From assembly GCA_963422645.2 (NCBI GenBank), contig CAXXVO010000007.1, positions 608,001 through 672,000 of the forward strand: 64,000 nucleotides of DNA. Direction: 5' to 3'. Below, piece by piece: positions 20,531 to 29,748 of the stretch. Position numbers and translations under genes: made by a program. The stretch is from Alphaproteobacteria bacterium (GTDB taxonomy: Bacteria > Pseudomonadota > Alphaproteobacteria > UBA828). The notes below the pieces were generated by a model. That model did not search any database. It was not told the DNA's origin and saw nothing but the letters and a program-made list of their open reading frames with translations. The first letter of the stretch is position 1; the number at the start of each line of letters is the position of its first letter.

Positions 20531-20728
20531 ACACATCCGGGATCGTAGTTCCTTCTCTGTGCCGCGCCGGGCGAGTCAGTTAGCAGCTTTTGCCAAGGTA
20601 ACCACCTATGTTGACCATGCCTGGGACGACGATCGGCCGCAGGCGATGGTTCTTCATGTTCAAGAGACCGTGCCAAGCCGGAAGATCGTGAATATCTGTG
20701 TTTGACATCAACTGCCCCATTACGGAAG

Positions 20729-22310
20729 CGAATCGGGTGTCGTTGCCCTTACACGCTCAGCGTGTTCACGGGGTCTTGCCGCAAGGCGCGCCCCAATTCC
20801 TCGAAGGAAAGGGCAACGACATGAACGTCTATATCGGGCTGGATGTATCGCTGGCAAGCACGTCAATCTGCGTCATCGGCGAGAAGGGGAAGATCGTTAC
20901 CGAGGCGCAGGTAGCCAGCACGCCTGAAGCACTCGTTGCGTTCATGGGCAAGCTGGAGCACGAGATCGCCGCGATCGGTCTTGAGGCCGGTCCCTTGTCC
21001 CACTGGTTGCACAAGGGTCTGACCGGCGCCGGCTTCGAGGCCGTGCTGATGGAGACCCGGCGGGTGAAGGCCGCGCTGAAGGCGATGCCGATCAAGACGG
21101 ATCGCCGGGATGCGGAGGGCATCGCACGGCTGCTGCAGATGGGCTGGTTCCGGCCGGTGCACTGCAAGTCGGTGTCATCGCAGGAGATGCGCGCGCTGCT
21201 GACCTCGCGCAAGTCGGTGCTGAACGCGCTCACCAATATGGAGCTGTCACTGCGCGGCGTGTTGCGCAACTTCGGCCTGAAGCTGGGCCAGGTCTCCAAG
21301 GGCCGCTACGAGGCCCGCGTCCGGGAATTGATCGCCGGCAACGCGATGCTGGAAGCCGCGGCCGAACCGATCTTGCGCGCGCGGGCGGCTCTGCGCCGCG
21401 AGCTGGCCGGCCTGGAGAAGCTGGTCCGTAATCTGGCCAGGGAAGATCCGGTGTGCCGGCTGCTCATGACCATGCCCGGCGTCGGCCACGTCATAGCGCT
21501 GACCTTCATGTCCGCGATCGACGATCCCGGGCGCTTCCGAAGATCGAAGGATGTCGGCCCCTGGGTGGGGCTGACGCCGGGACGGGCCCAATCCGGCGAG
21601 CGAGATATCGTCGGCGCCATCACGAAGTGTGGCGACGCAGGTCTGCGCTCGGCGCTCTATCAGGCTGCCACGGTGATGCTGAACCGCACCACCGGCCCGA
21701 ACTGGTTGAAGGCCTGGGCGCAGCGTCTGACGAAGCTCCGGGGCAAGAAGCGTGCAACGGTTGCCTTGGCCCGGCGCATCGGCGTGGTGCTCCATCGGAT
21801 GTGGCGGGACGGCGCCGGGTTCCGGTTTACGCGCGAGGAGGCGATGGCGCTGCAGACGGCATAGGCGCGGCTGCATCCCACCGACAGTCAATTAGGAGAG
21901 GAGGAAAGAGTCGCGCCTGAAGGTGGCGATCCACCGGTGTCCCCTCGCCGGGACGCGGTTCCCGAAGATGCGCGTTTTGAACCCTGTTCGCCGAACCGCC
22001 CTGTTGCGGTCGAGCACGTAGATCAGATCGGCACTCGGGAATCGTCTTGGACCAGGCATGACGTTGGCGGCCGCTGCGCCGACCACGGACGGAAGCGAGA
22101 GCCTGGCGGCGGACACATCCGGGATCGTAGTTCCTTCTCTGTGCCGCGCCGGGCGAGTCAGTTAGCAGCTTTTGCCAAGGTAACCACCTATGTTGACCAT
22201 GCCTGGGACGACGATCGGCCGCAGGCGATGGTTCTTCATGTTCAAGAGACCGTGCCAAGCCGGAAGATCGTGAATATCTGTGTTTGACATCAACTGCCCC
22301 ATTACGGAAG
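20729..22310 (+). mobile_element. second tandem IS110 copy lacking the first 56 bp of the left end
   Basis: 1582-bp direct repeat of 19147-20728. Confidence 0.9.
20821..21864 (+). CDS. IS110 family recombinase/transposase (copy 2)
   Basis: Protein identical to 19239-20282. Confidence 0.95.
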   Translation: MNVYIGLDVSLASTSICVIGEKGKIVTEAQVASTPEALVAFMGKLEHEIAAIGLEAGPLSHWLHKGLTGAGFEAVLMETRRVKAALKAMPIKTDRRDAEGIARLLQMGWFRPVHCKSVSSQEMRALLTSRKSVLNALTNMELSLRGVLRNFGLKLGQVSKGRYEARVRELIAGNAMLEAAAEPILRARAALRRELAGLEKLVRNLAREDPVCRLLMTMPGVGHVIALTFMSAIDDPGRFRRSKDVGPWVGLTPGRAQSGERDIVGAITKCGDAGLRSALYQAATVMLNRTTGPNWLKAWAQRLTKLRGKKRATVALARRIGVVLHRMWRDGAGFRFTREEAMALQTA

Positions 22311-24621
22311 GTTCCTCGACCTCAACGGCGGCACCATCCGCGACACCCAGGGCAATAACTTCGTGCCTGAGACCATCCCGGCGCAGCAATTCACCAAGCA
22401 CCGGGTGCGCGGCGGGTTGCACGCCATGCGGCTCGAGGTGTCCGGCTCGGCGCGCGAGGGCGAGCCCTTCGAGATCCGGGTAGTCCGCAACGGCGGCTTC
22501 GAGGAGGTGGCGGTGGCCGGGGTTGGCGTGGCCGACAGTGCCCTGCCGCACGAAAAGCCTTCGTTCCACTACGCGGTGAACGGGCCCGGCCGTTACCAGT
22601 TCGACTTCGATCACGGGGCGGCGAACGAGCCCGGCGTGCGGGTCTCGACGCGCACCGTGACGCCGATCGGGGACGGCGTTGCCGACGCGTCGCGCACACT
22701 GACGATACGGCTGACCGGGACCGACGCGGGCTTCCATCTGACGCCCCCCCTTGGCGACTATCGGGCCTGGTACCTGGCCGAAGGGCCGCTGGAGGTCACG
22801 GTGCCGGTGATCGACACCGGGCTGTCGCTGGGCGAGGCGGGTTTCCGGGTCCACGGGGCCTCGGTACGCGAGGCACCGGGTGCGAAGCTCGCCTTCAAGG
22901 TCAGCCTGTCGCCCCACAGCGAAGCACCGGTGACGGTGGACTACCGGACCGGAGAAGACCCGCCCAACGGGTCCAAGGCGGTCGCGGGGGAAGACTATGT
23001 GGCCACGAGCGGCACGCTGACCTTCGAGGCCGGCGAGACCCTGAAGACCGTCGAGGTGGAGGTGCTCGCCGACGATCATGACGAGGGCTTCGAGACCATG
23101 CGGCTTTTCCTGTCGAACGCGCAGGGCGCGCGCATCGATGGTGCTTCGGGGCTCGGCGTCATCAAGAATACCGGACCGATCCCGAAGGCTTGGCTGGGGC
23201 GCTTCGGGCGCACGGTGGCCGAGCAGGTGCTAGGCGCGGTCGAGAGCCGGGTGCGGGCAACGCGGCAGCCCGGCATCGAGATGACGCTCGCCGGCCAACG
23301 GGTCGGTGGCCAAGCACCGCAGGAAGCTTCACCCGCGCAACGCGATTCAGCCTGGCAAGAGCACGCCGGCCCCACGTCCCTGGCGTCGCGCGGCGTGACG
23401 CAGGGCGACCTGCTGAGCGGCACCTCCTTCGCAGTCACCGCGGAAACCGGGCAGCACGGGTATGCCACCCTCTGGGGACGCGCCGCCGTTTCCCGCTTCG
23501 ACGGCCGCGAGGGCGACCTCACGCTCGACGGCGAGGTCTCGAGCGCCATGATCGGCGTCGACTGGGCCCGTGAGAACTGGACCGCCGGTCTGATCGTCTC
23601 GCGCAGCGCCGGCGATGGCGGCTACGTCGGCCACAGCAAGGGCCGGGTGGAAGCCACGTTGACGGGCCTCTATCCTTGGGGGCGCCTTGCGCTCTCCGAG
23701 CGGGTGGACGCATGGGGCGCCGCCGGTTACGGCACGGGCGAGCTTTCCGTGACGCCGAAGAAGCCGGGGACGGACGAGGACGGCGCCACGATCCGCACCG
23801 ATCTGGACCTGCGCATGGCGGCGGCCGGGCTACGCGGAAGCCTGCTGGACGGCACCGAGGACGGCCTCACTCTGGCCGCCAAGACCGACGCGCTGATCGT
23901 GCAGACCGCGTCCGACGCGGGCCGCGGGACGGACGGCGGCAACCTGGCTGCAGCCCGGGCCACGGTAACCCGGCTGCGTCTCGGCCTAGAAGGGTCGCAG
24001 CCGATACCGCTCGAGGGCGGTGCGAGCCTGACTCCCTCCGTCGAGATCGGCGTGCGTCATGACGGCGGCGATGCCGAGACCGGGTTCGGCATCAACCTCG
24101 GCGGCGGGTTCGCCTGGTCCGATCCGGAGAGCGGGCTGGTCGCGGAGCTGCGCGGACATGCGCTTCTCACTCACGAAACAGAGGGCTTCCGCGAGCGCGG
24201 CGTTTCCGCCTCGCTCACCTGGGACCCGAAGCCGTCCTCGGCGCTCGGCCCGACGGCGACGCTGACCCAGACGGTCGGCGACCCGGCCTCTGGCGGTGCT
24301 GATGCGTTGCTGGCGCAGGGGGCGCTGACGGGCCTCGCGGCGCAGTCCGGCTCAGAGTTGGACGGTGAGGGCGACCTGCAGCATCGCCGGCTGGAAGCAA
24401 GGTTCGGCTATGGCTTCCCGGCCTGGGGCGGCCGCTTCGCGTCGGTTCCCGAGGTCGGCCTCGGCCTCTCCGACACCGGCCGGGAGTACATCCTGGGCTG
24501 GCGATTGGCGAGCGACGGGCCCGGCGCGCTCCAGCTGTCGACAGAGGCGCGTCGAATCGAGAGCAAGGGCAGCGGCCCGGTGGAGCACCGCATCGGCGCC
24601 CGCCTCTCGGCCCGGTGGTAG
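22311..24621 (+). pseudogene. Calx-beta plus autotransporter beta-barrel, C-terminal part of the interrupted gene
   Basis: VTVDYRT...AGEDYVATSGTLTFEAGET Calx-beta motif; AWLGRFGRTVA...GVRHDGGDAETG barrel; terminal W. Confidence 0.85.
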
Positions 24622-24622
24622 C

Positions 24623-24646
24623 CGGAAGACGGCGCGTCGTCTTCTG
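24623..24646 (+). terminator. hairpin after the autotransporter stop
   Basis: CGGAAGACG...CGTCTTCTG stem. Confidence 0.4.
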
Positions 24647-24842
24647 ACGTGCTCCGGAGAGAGGCGCGGGCTGTGAACGAGGTGAGAGATGCGGGCGAGA
24701 GCGTTTCCGTTTCACACGGAAACACGCACCTTCGGTGCTAAGTAGCTGATTCGATTGCGATGGTCTTCCGTTTCTATTGACACCGGGCGCGGAATTCAAG
24801 CCGATTCCGCACCTCGCTGCAACAGATCGGAGACGCGCAATC

Positions 24843-25096
24843 ATGCCAGCCATCCGCCTCACCCAGCGAAGAGTCGACGCTCTTCGGCCCCGCCCCAAGG
24901 TGCGTGATATCCGGGACGCCGAACTGAAGGGGTACGGCGTCCGGGTCATGCCCTCCGGCGCCAGGCGCTACTTCATCCACAGCCAGCACAGGGGCAAGCG
25001 GGTCTGGAAGATCATAGGCGACGCGGCGACGATCACCGAGCCCGAGGCGCGGGCCAGGGCCAGGTCGATGCTCGCCGCGCTGCGCGACGGCCGGGA
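24843..25096 (+). pseudogene. tyrosine-integrase Arm DNA-binding domain (DUF4102-like) stub
   Basis: LTQRRVDALRP...RDAELKGYGVRVMPSGAR...IG...EARARA; truncated and joined to intron RT sequence. Confidence 0.75.
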
Positions 25097-25548
25097 GACC
25101 TGCACAACCGCGTGCACTCGGGAGCGTACCGGGCGACGCCATCACGGCGGGTGAACATCCCGAAGCCGGATGGCGGCACACGACCGCTCGGCGTCGCGGC
25201 CATCGAGGACAAGATCGTCCAGAAGGCGGTGACGGAGATAATCCTGACGCCGATTTACGATGCGGAGTTGCTGGGGTTCAGCTACGGGTTCCGGCCCGGG
25301 CGGAGGGCGCTCGACGCGCTCGACGCGCTTGCGGTTGGGATCGGAAGGCGCAAGATCGACTGGGTGGTCGATTGTGACATCCGGGCGTTCTTCGACACTG
25401 TGTCCCGAGATTGGCTGGTCCGGTTTCTGGAGCACAAGATCGGGGACAAGCGGATCATCAGGCTGATCATCAAGTGGTTGAACGCCGGCGTCATGGAAGC
25501 TGGCGAGTGGCGGGACGATCTGCGGGGGACGCCGCAAGGCTCGGTGAT
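25097..25548 (+). pseudogene. ltrA: group II intron RT/maturase, N-terminal fragment (RT1-RT4)
   Basis: IPKPDGGTRPLG, EDKIVQ, SYGFRPGR, DIRAFFD and GTPQGSV motifs. Confidence 0.9.
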
Positions 25549-25614
25549 GACGCCCTGAACGCAAAAGGTAACTTCCGCTTCGAACGTCAGATTGTGGAAT
25601 GGCGAGACCGTCCC

Positions 25615-25644
25615 TTGACTGACTTGCGCCGCAAACGGTAATAT
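25615..25644 (+). promoter_or_regulatory. sigma70-like promoter of the recombinase element
   Basis: TTGACT-N18-TAATAT just upstream of the first ORF. Confidence 0.6.
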
Positions 25645-25655
25645 TCTTATGGCAA

Positions 25656-25985
25656 ATGATCCGGTCAACAAGATCCCAGAAGGTCGAGCGGCTCAATGCC
25701 GCCTACACGCTGCTCGCCCAGGGCGCCACGGCGAGCGAAGCCGTGGCACGGCTGTCGCAGCGCTTCGGGCTGTCGCAGCGTCAGTCCTATCGCTACGTCC
25801 AGGACGCGCGCGCCATGGGCCAGCCGGCCGAGCCGACCGAAGAGCTGATCCCGATCACCATCAAGATTCCAGGCACTCTGGCGGAGACCTTGCGAGCCCA
25901 CGCCAGGAGCAGCGGCCACTCCATCGGGGAGATCGTCGCGCGGGCGCTGAGACGCTTTTTATCGGACGCGGATCGGCATGGCTGA
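25656..25985 (+). CDS. small DNA-binding protein (HTH-like N-terminus, ribbon-helix-helix-like C-terminus)
   Basis: FGLSQRQSYRYV and ITIKIPGTLAETLR...SIGEIVARAL; overlaps the next ORF. Confidence 0.7.
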   Translation: MIRSTRSQKVERLNAAYTLLAQGATASEAVARLSQRFGLSQRQSYRYVQDARAMGQPAEPTEELIPITIKIPGTLAETLRAHARSSGHSIGEIVARALRRFLSDADRHG

Positions 25986-26184
25986 ACGTCGCTTGGGCGC
26001 TCGGCCCACGGTTCACCTCGCTTATGCCTTCGATCGTCTGCTCGACGCCAAACTCCACAACGCCTACGCGATCCTGGTGCCCGATCAAACTCACAAAATC
26101 CCGGTCCGAGCGCAGGACATAGGAGACGACCATGAAGATCGCAGCCATTTACGCGCGGGTCTCCGGCGAGCGGCAGAGAGATGA
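25978..26184 (+). CDS. small hypothetical protein, possible directionality factor
   Basis: 68 aa; overlaps both the upstream ORF and the recombinase start; function inferred from position only. Confidence 0.5.
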   Translation: MAERRLGARPTVHLAYAFDRLLDAKLHNAYAILVPDQTHKIPVRAQDIGDDHEDRSHLRAGLRRAAER

Positions 26185-27802
26185 CAACACGATAGCGAGC
26201 CAGACCGAGGCCCTGATCGCCTACGCCGAGGACCACGGTTACAGCGTCGCGCCCGACATGATCATTGAAGATGACGGCTATACCGGCGCCGTTCTCGAAC
26301 GCCCGGGGCTCGAGCGGGTCAGGGATCTCGCCGCGGAAGGGCGCATCGACACGGTGCTGGTCCATGCCCCGGACCGTATGAGCCGGCGCTATGCCTACCA
26401 GGTTCTGATCATCGAGGAGCTGGCCCGTCAGGGCGTCGAGACCGTGTTCTTGAGAGCGCCGTCGATGGAAACCCCGGAAGATCATCTGCTCGTCCAGTTC
26501 CAGGGCATGATTGCGGAATACGAGCGCGCGCAAATCCTGGAGCGTTCCCGGCGCGGCAAGCGACATCGGGCGCGACGCGGCGAAATCGCCGTCCTCGGCG
26601 GCGCGCCCTATGGCTACCGCTACCACAAGAAAACCCCGGACAGCGATGCGTTCTACGAAATCGTCGAGCCGCAGGCGTCGGTGGTTCGCGAGGTTTACCG
26701 CTGCTACACCTGCGATCACATGAGCATCGGCGCGATCACCTGCAGGCTCAATGAGCGCGCGGTACCCACCTCCACCGGGCGCTCGCGCTGGGAACGCTCG
26801 ACGGTGTGGGCGATGCTCCGCAATCCGGCGTACAAGGGGAAAGCCTGTTTCGGCAAGACCCGCCAGATGCCGCGTAAATGTGTGACACGTCCTCTGCGCC
26901 TGCGCCGCGGCGTGGCCAGCGGCACGACCGGCGGTCACGAAAAACCGCGTGAGGAGTGGATCGAGATCCCGGTGCCGGCGATCGTCAGCGAAGAGACCTT
27001 CGCCCTGGCCGAAGAGCGGCTGGAGATGAACAAGATCCACGCGCCGCGTCGCACGAAGACGCCCAGCGTGCTCCAGGGACTGGTCTCGTGCGGCAAATGC
27101 GGCTACGCGCTGTCTCGCACATCGGCCCAGACGAGTGCCCGCAAGATCTCCTATTATCGCTGCCTGGGTTCTGACTCTTGGCGCCATCTCAACGGACCGG
27201 TGTGCGACAGTCGGCCGGTGCGCCAGGACTTGCTCGATGACGTCGTCTGGGGCGAAGTGGTCCGCCTGCTCGAGGATCCAGCACTGATCGGCGCCGAGAT
27301 CGACCGGCGACTACAGGCGGCCCGCGCTTCCGATCCAAACCAGCAGCGCGAGAACGACCTGCGGCACCGTCTGATCCGGGTCCGAAAAAGCATCGACCGC
27401 CTGGTCAACGCCTATCAGGAGGAGTTGATTACAATCGATGAACTGCGCGACAGAACGTCCGAGCTCCGTCGTCAGGATCAGGCTCTGAATCGCGAACTGC
27501 AATCCGCCGTCGATCGGGCGAAGGATCGCGAGACCTATCTCCGGCTCGCCGAGACGCTGACCGGCTTTCTGGCGCGGCTGCACTCGTCCGCCGAAACCCT
27601 GGACATCGCCGAACGGCAGCGCATCGTCCGGCTCATCGTGAAGGAGGTGTTGGTCACCGAGGACAAAATCACCATTCGCCATTCAATCCCAATCTCGGGA
27701 TCGCCAGGCGGCGGTCCAGACCCGTCGAAACCCGGCAACCACAGCACCGAAGGCGAAGGTTGCCTTTTGCGTTCAGGGCGTCATTTCACCGATCCTGGCT
27801 AA
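26132..27802 (+). CDS. large serine recombinase (resolvase, recombinase, Zn ribbon and coiled-coil domains)
   Basis: YARVS, DDGYTG, DRMSR, PYGY and CGKCG...YYRC motifs; RBS AGGAG; stop lies outside the element. Confidence 0.95.
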   Translation: MKIAAIYARVSGERQRDDNTIASQTEALIAYAEDHGYSVAPDMIIEDDGYTGAVLERPGLERVRDLAAEGRIDTVLVHAPDRMSRRYAYQVLIIEELARQGVETVFLRAPSMETPEDHLLVQFQGMIAEYERAQILERSRRGKRHRARRGEIAVLGGAPYGYRYHKKTPDSDAFYEIVEPQASVVREVYRCYTCDHMSIGAITCRLNERAVPTSTGRSRWERSTVWAMLRNPAYKGKACFGKTRQMPRKCVTRPLRLRRGVASGTTGGHEKPREEWIEIPVPAIVSEETFALAEERLEMNKIHAPRRTKTPSVLQGLVSCGKCGYALSRTSAQTSARKISYYRCLGSDSWRHLNGPVCDSRPVRQDLLDDVVWGEVVRLLEDPALIGAEIDRRLQAARASDPNQQRENDLRHRLIRVRKSIDRLVNAYQEELITIDELRDRTSELRRQDQALNRELQSAVDRAKDRETYLRLAETLTGFLARLHSSAETLDIAERQRIVRLIVKEVLVTEDKITIRHSIPISGSPGGGPDPSKPGNHSTEGEGCLLRSGRHFTDPG

Positions 27803-28487
27803 CATCTACCTGCACTATGTCCTTGATCTCTGGTTCCAGCGGAAGTGGCGCAACCACGAGGTCGGAGGCGACACGATTATCGTGCGCTACGCCGACGACT
27901 TCGTGGTGGGCTTCCAGCACAAGCGGGATGCGGAGCGTTTTCTGAACGCCATGAAGGAGCGGTTCGGAGGTTTCGGACTGGACCTGCACCCCGACAAGAC
28001 CCGGCTCATCGAGTTCGGGCGGTTTGCCAGTGAGCGCCGCCGGGAACGAGGACAGGGTAAGCCGGAGGCCTTCGACTTTCTGGGCTTCACGCACTACTGC
28101 GCGGAGACCGGACAGGGACGGTTCCAGCTGGGGCGCAAGCCGGAGGCGAAGCGGATGGCACGCACTCTGAAACGGCTCAAGGAGGCGCTACGCAGGCGGA
28201 TGCATCACAAAGCTGTGGTCACGGCAAAATGGCTGGGAAAGGTGGTCGACGGATGGCTGAACTATTACGCCGTTCCAACCAGCTTCCTATCTCTAAGCCG
28301 ATTTGCCGATCGCCTGACGCGGCTGTGGCTGCGATGCTTGCGCCGCAGATCGCAGAAGGACCGCTTCTCATTGGCCAGCCTCATGGCCCTCAGAGGGGCA
28401 CACTGGCCCAAGCTCGAAATCCGACACCCGTGGCCGAGCCAACGACTCGCCGTCAGCACAACCCAAGGGAGGAGCCGGATGCCTTAG
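27785..28487 (+). pseudogene. ltrA: group II intron RT/maturase, C-terminal fragment (YADD, domain X, no endonuclease)
   Basis: SPILANIYLH, RYADDF, LHPDKT, FDFLGF and GWLNYY motifs. Confidence 0.9.
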
Positions 28488-28543
28488 CGGGTATGTCCGG
28501 ATCCGTGCGGGGGGTCCCCAGCAATGGGGATCCCTACCGCGAT
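28472..28543 (+). ncRNA. group II intron domains V and VI
   Basis: GAGCCGGATG...TGTCCGGATC DV with AGC triad; DVI stem ending CCCTACCGCGAT. Confidence 0.85.
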
Positions 28544-28751
28544 CAACAGCCGGCGGCCGGCCGCGGCCATCCTTCAAGTGACAGCGCTGGCAGGCGCGCG
28601 CGTTGAAGAGGGGTCCGAGACCGTCCGACGACGTGGTCGAGCTCGGCGCCGAGACCCAGATCTTCCTGAAGATCCCGTTGCCGACCCTGAAGTCGCGTTC
28701 GCGCTTGAAAGGCATGTTGGCGGAGGGATGCGAGAACGCGTTCCGGTTCAC
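28544..28751 (-). pseudogene. di-heme oxidoreductase (DHOR/DUF1111-like) N-terminal fragment
   Basis: AFSHPSAN...GNGIFRKIWV...DGLGPLFNARACQRCHLKDGRG; cut at the intron 3' end. Confidence 0.8.
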
Positions 28752-29586
28752 CGCGACGTCCGAGCGCGACGTGCTCTCACACTATGCGGATCTGGCGCAC
28801 GCCGTGTACGAGGATTCGCTGATCGCAGCCCGCGATCTACAAGGCGCGGTGAACCGGTTCATCGCCGACCCGATCGAGGCAAATATGTCGGCGGCGCGGG
28901 ATACCTGGCGGGCGGCGCGCGTCCCCTACCAGCAGAGCGAGGTCTACCGCTTCGGCAACGCCGTCGCCGACGACTGGGAAGGCAAGGTGAACGCCTGGCC
29001 GCTCGACGAAGGCCTCATCGACTACGTGGCGGCGAGCTACGGCGCGGAGTCGGAGGAGAATCCCGGCTATCGCGCCAACATCGTCGCCAGCCCGAGCTTC
29101 ACCTTCTCGGGCGAATTGATCGACGCGGGGAGCATCACCAAGGAGCTGCTCGCGGACACGTTGCATGAGCTTGGCGGCGTCGAGGCCAACGTGGCGACCG
29201 GCTACCATGCCGTCGAGTTTCTGCTCTGGGGCCAGGACCTGAACGGCACCTGCACCGGCGCGGGTGCGAGGCCTGCCAGCGACTTCGATCCGGCCAACTG
29301 CTCATGGGGCAACTGCGAGCGCCGCGCCGCCTACCTGCAGACGGCCACCGATCTGCTGATCGATGACCTCGAGTGGATGACCGCCCAGTGGGCACCGGGC
29401 GGCGAGGCCTACGACTAGCAAATCGGCGAGGGGAATGCGGCAGGCAACGCGAGGGTGCAGGCCGCGATCGATGCGCTGACCGCGCAGACGAGCGCGATCG
29501 AGGGCGCGGTCGCGGCGCTCAACCTCGCTTTGATCGACTTCGAGGGCTCGGACAGCCTCGACGACCCCGAGGCCGTCTTCGAGTAA
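28752..29586 (+). pseudogene. imelysin (IrpA-like) pseudogene
   Basis: VNAWPLDEGLIDYV, TGYHAVEFLLWGQD and EGSDSLDDPEAVF; no signal peptide; in-frame TAG at 29416-29418; probable internal deletion. Confidence 0.85.
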
Positions 29587-29748
29587 GCGCCTTCCCGGCG
29601 GTCTGCCGCGCCAAACGACGCAGCAGACCGGGGCCGCCCCGCTCGACCCCCCGCGGGGCGGCCCTCGAGCCGGCGCATTGGCCGGCGCCGGGGTGCGCGC
29701 ATCTTGGTTCGGTAGCGACCCACCCTCACCAGCACGGAGAGGCGAGCC

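Larger units (their letters stand above)
19091..20728 (+). mobile_element. IS110 family (IS1111 group) element, complete copy
   Basis: Subterminal 12-bp IRs CCGTAATGGGGC (19094-19105) and GCCCCATTACGG (20714-20725), AG core at both ends, long 3' non-coding region. Confidence 0.9.
25547..27784 (+). mobile_element. large serine recombinase element with 22-bp perfect terminal inverted repeats and AT core
   Basis: ATGACGCCCTGAACGCAAAAGG at 25547-25568 and its complement at 27763-27784; removal restores GTPQGSVISPILANIY. Confidence 0.92.
25097..28543 (+). mobile_element. 5'-truncated group II intron, interrupted by a serine recombinase element
   Basis: RT motifs followed by DV/DVI and the 3' end ACCGCGAT. 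Confidence 0.88.

Noticed and set aside
25097-28487. RT as a retron, DGR or defence RT partnered with the recombinase
   Set aside because: It has group II intron motifs, domain X and DV/DVI; the recombinase interrupts it; no template/variable repeat pair was seen
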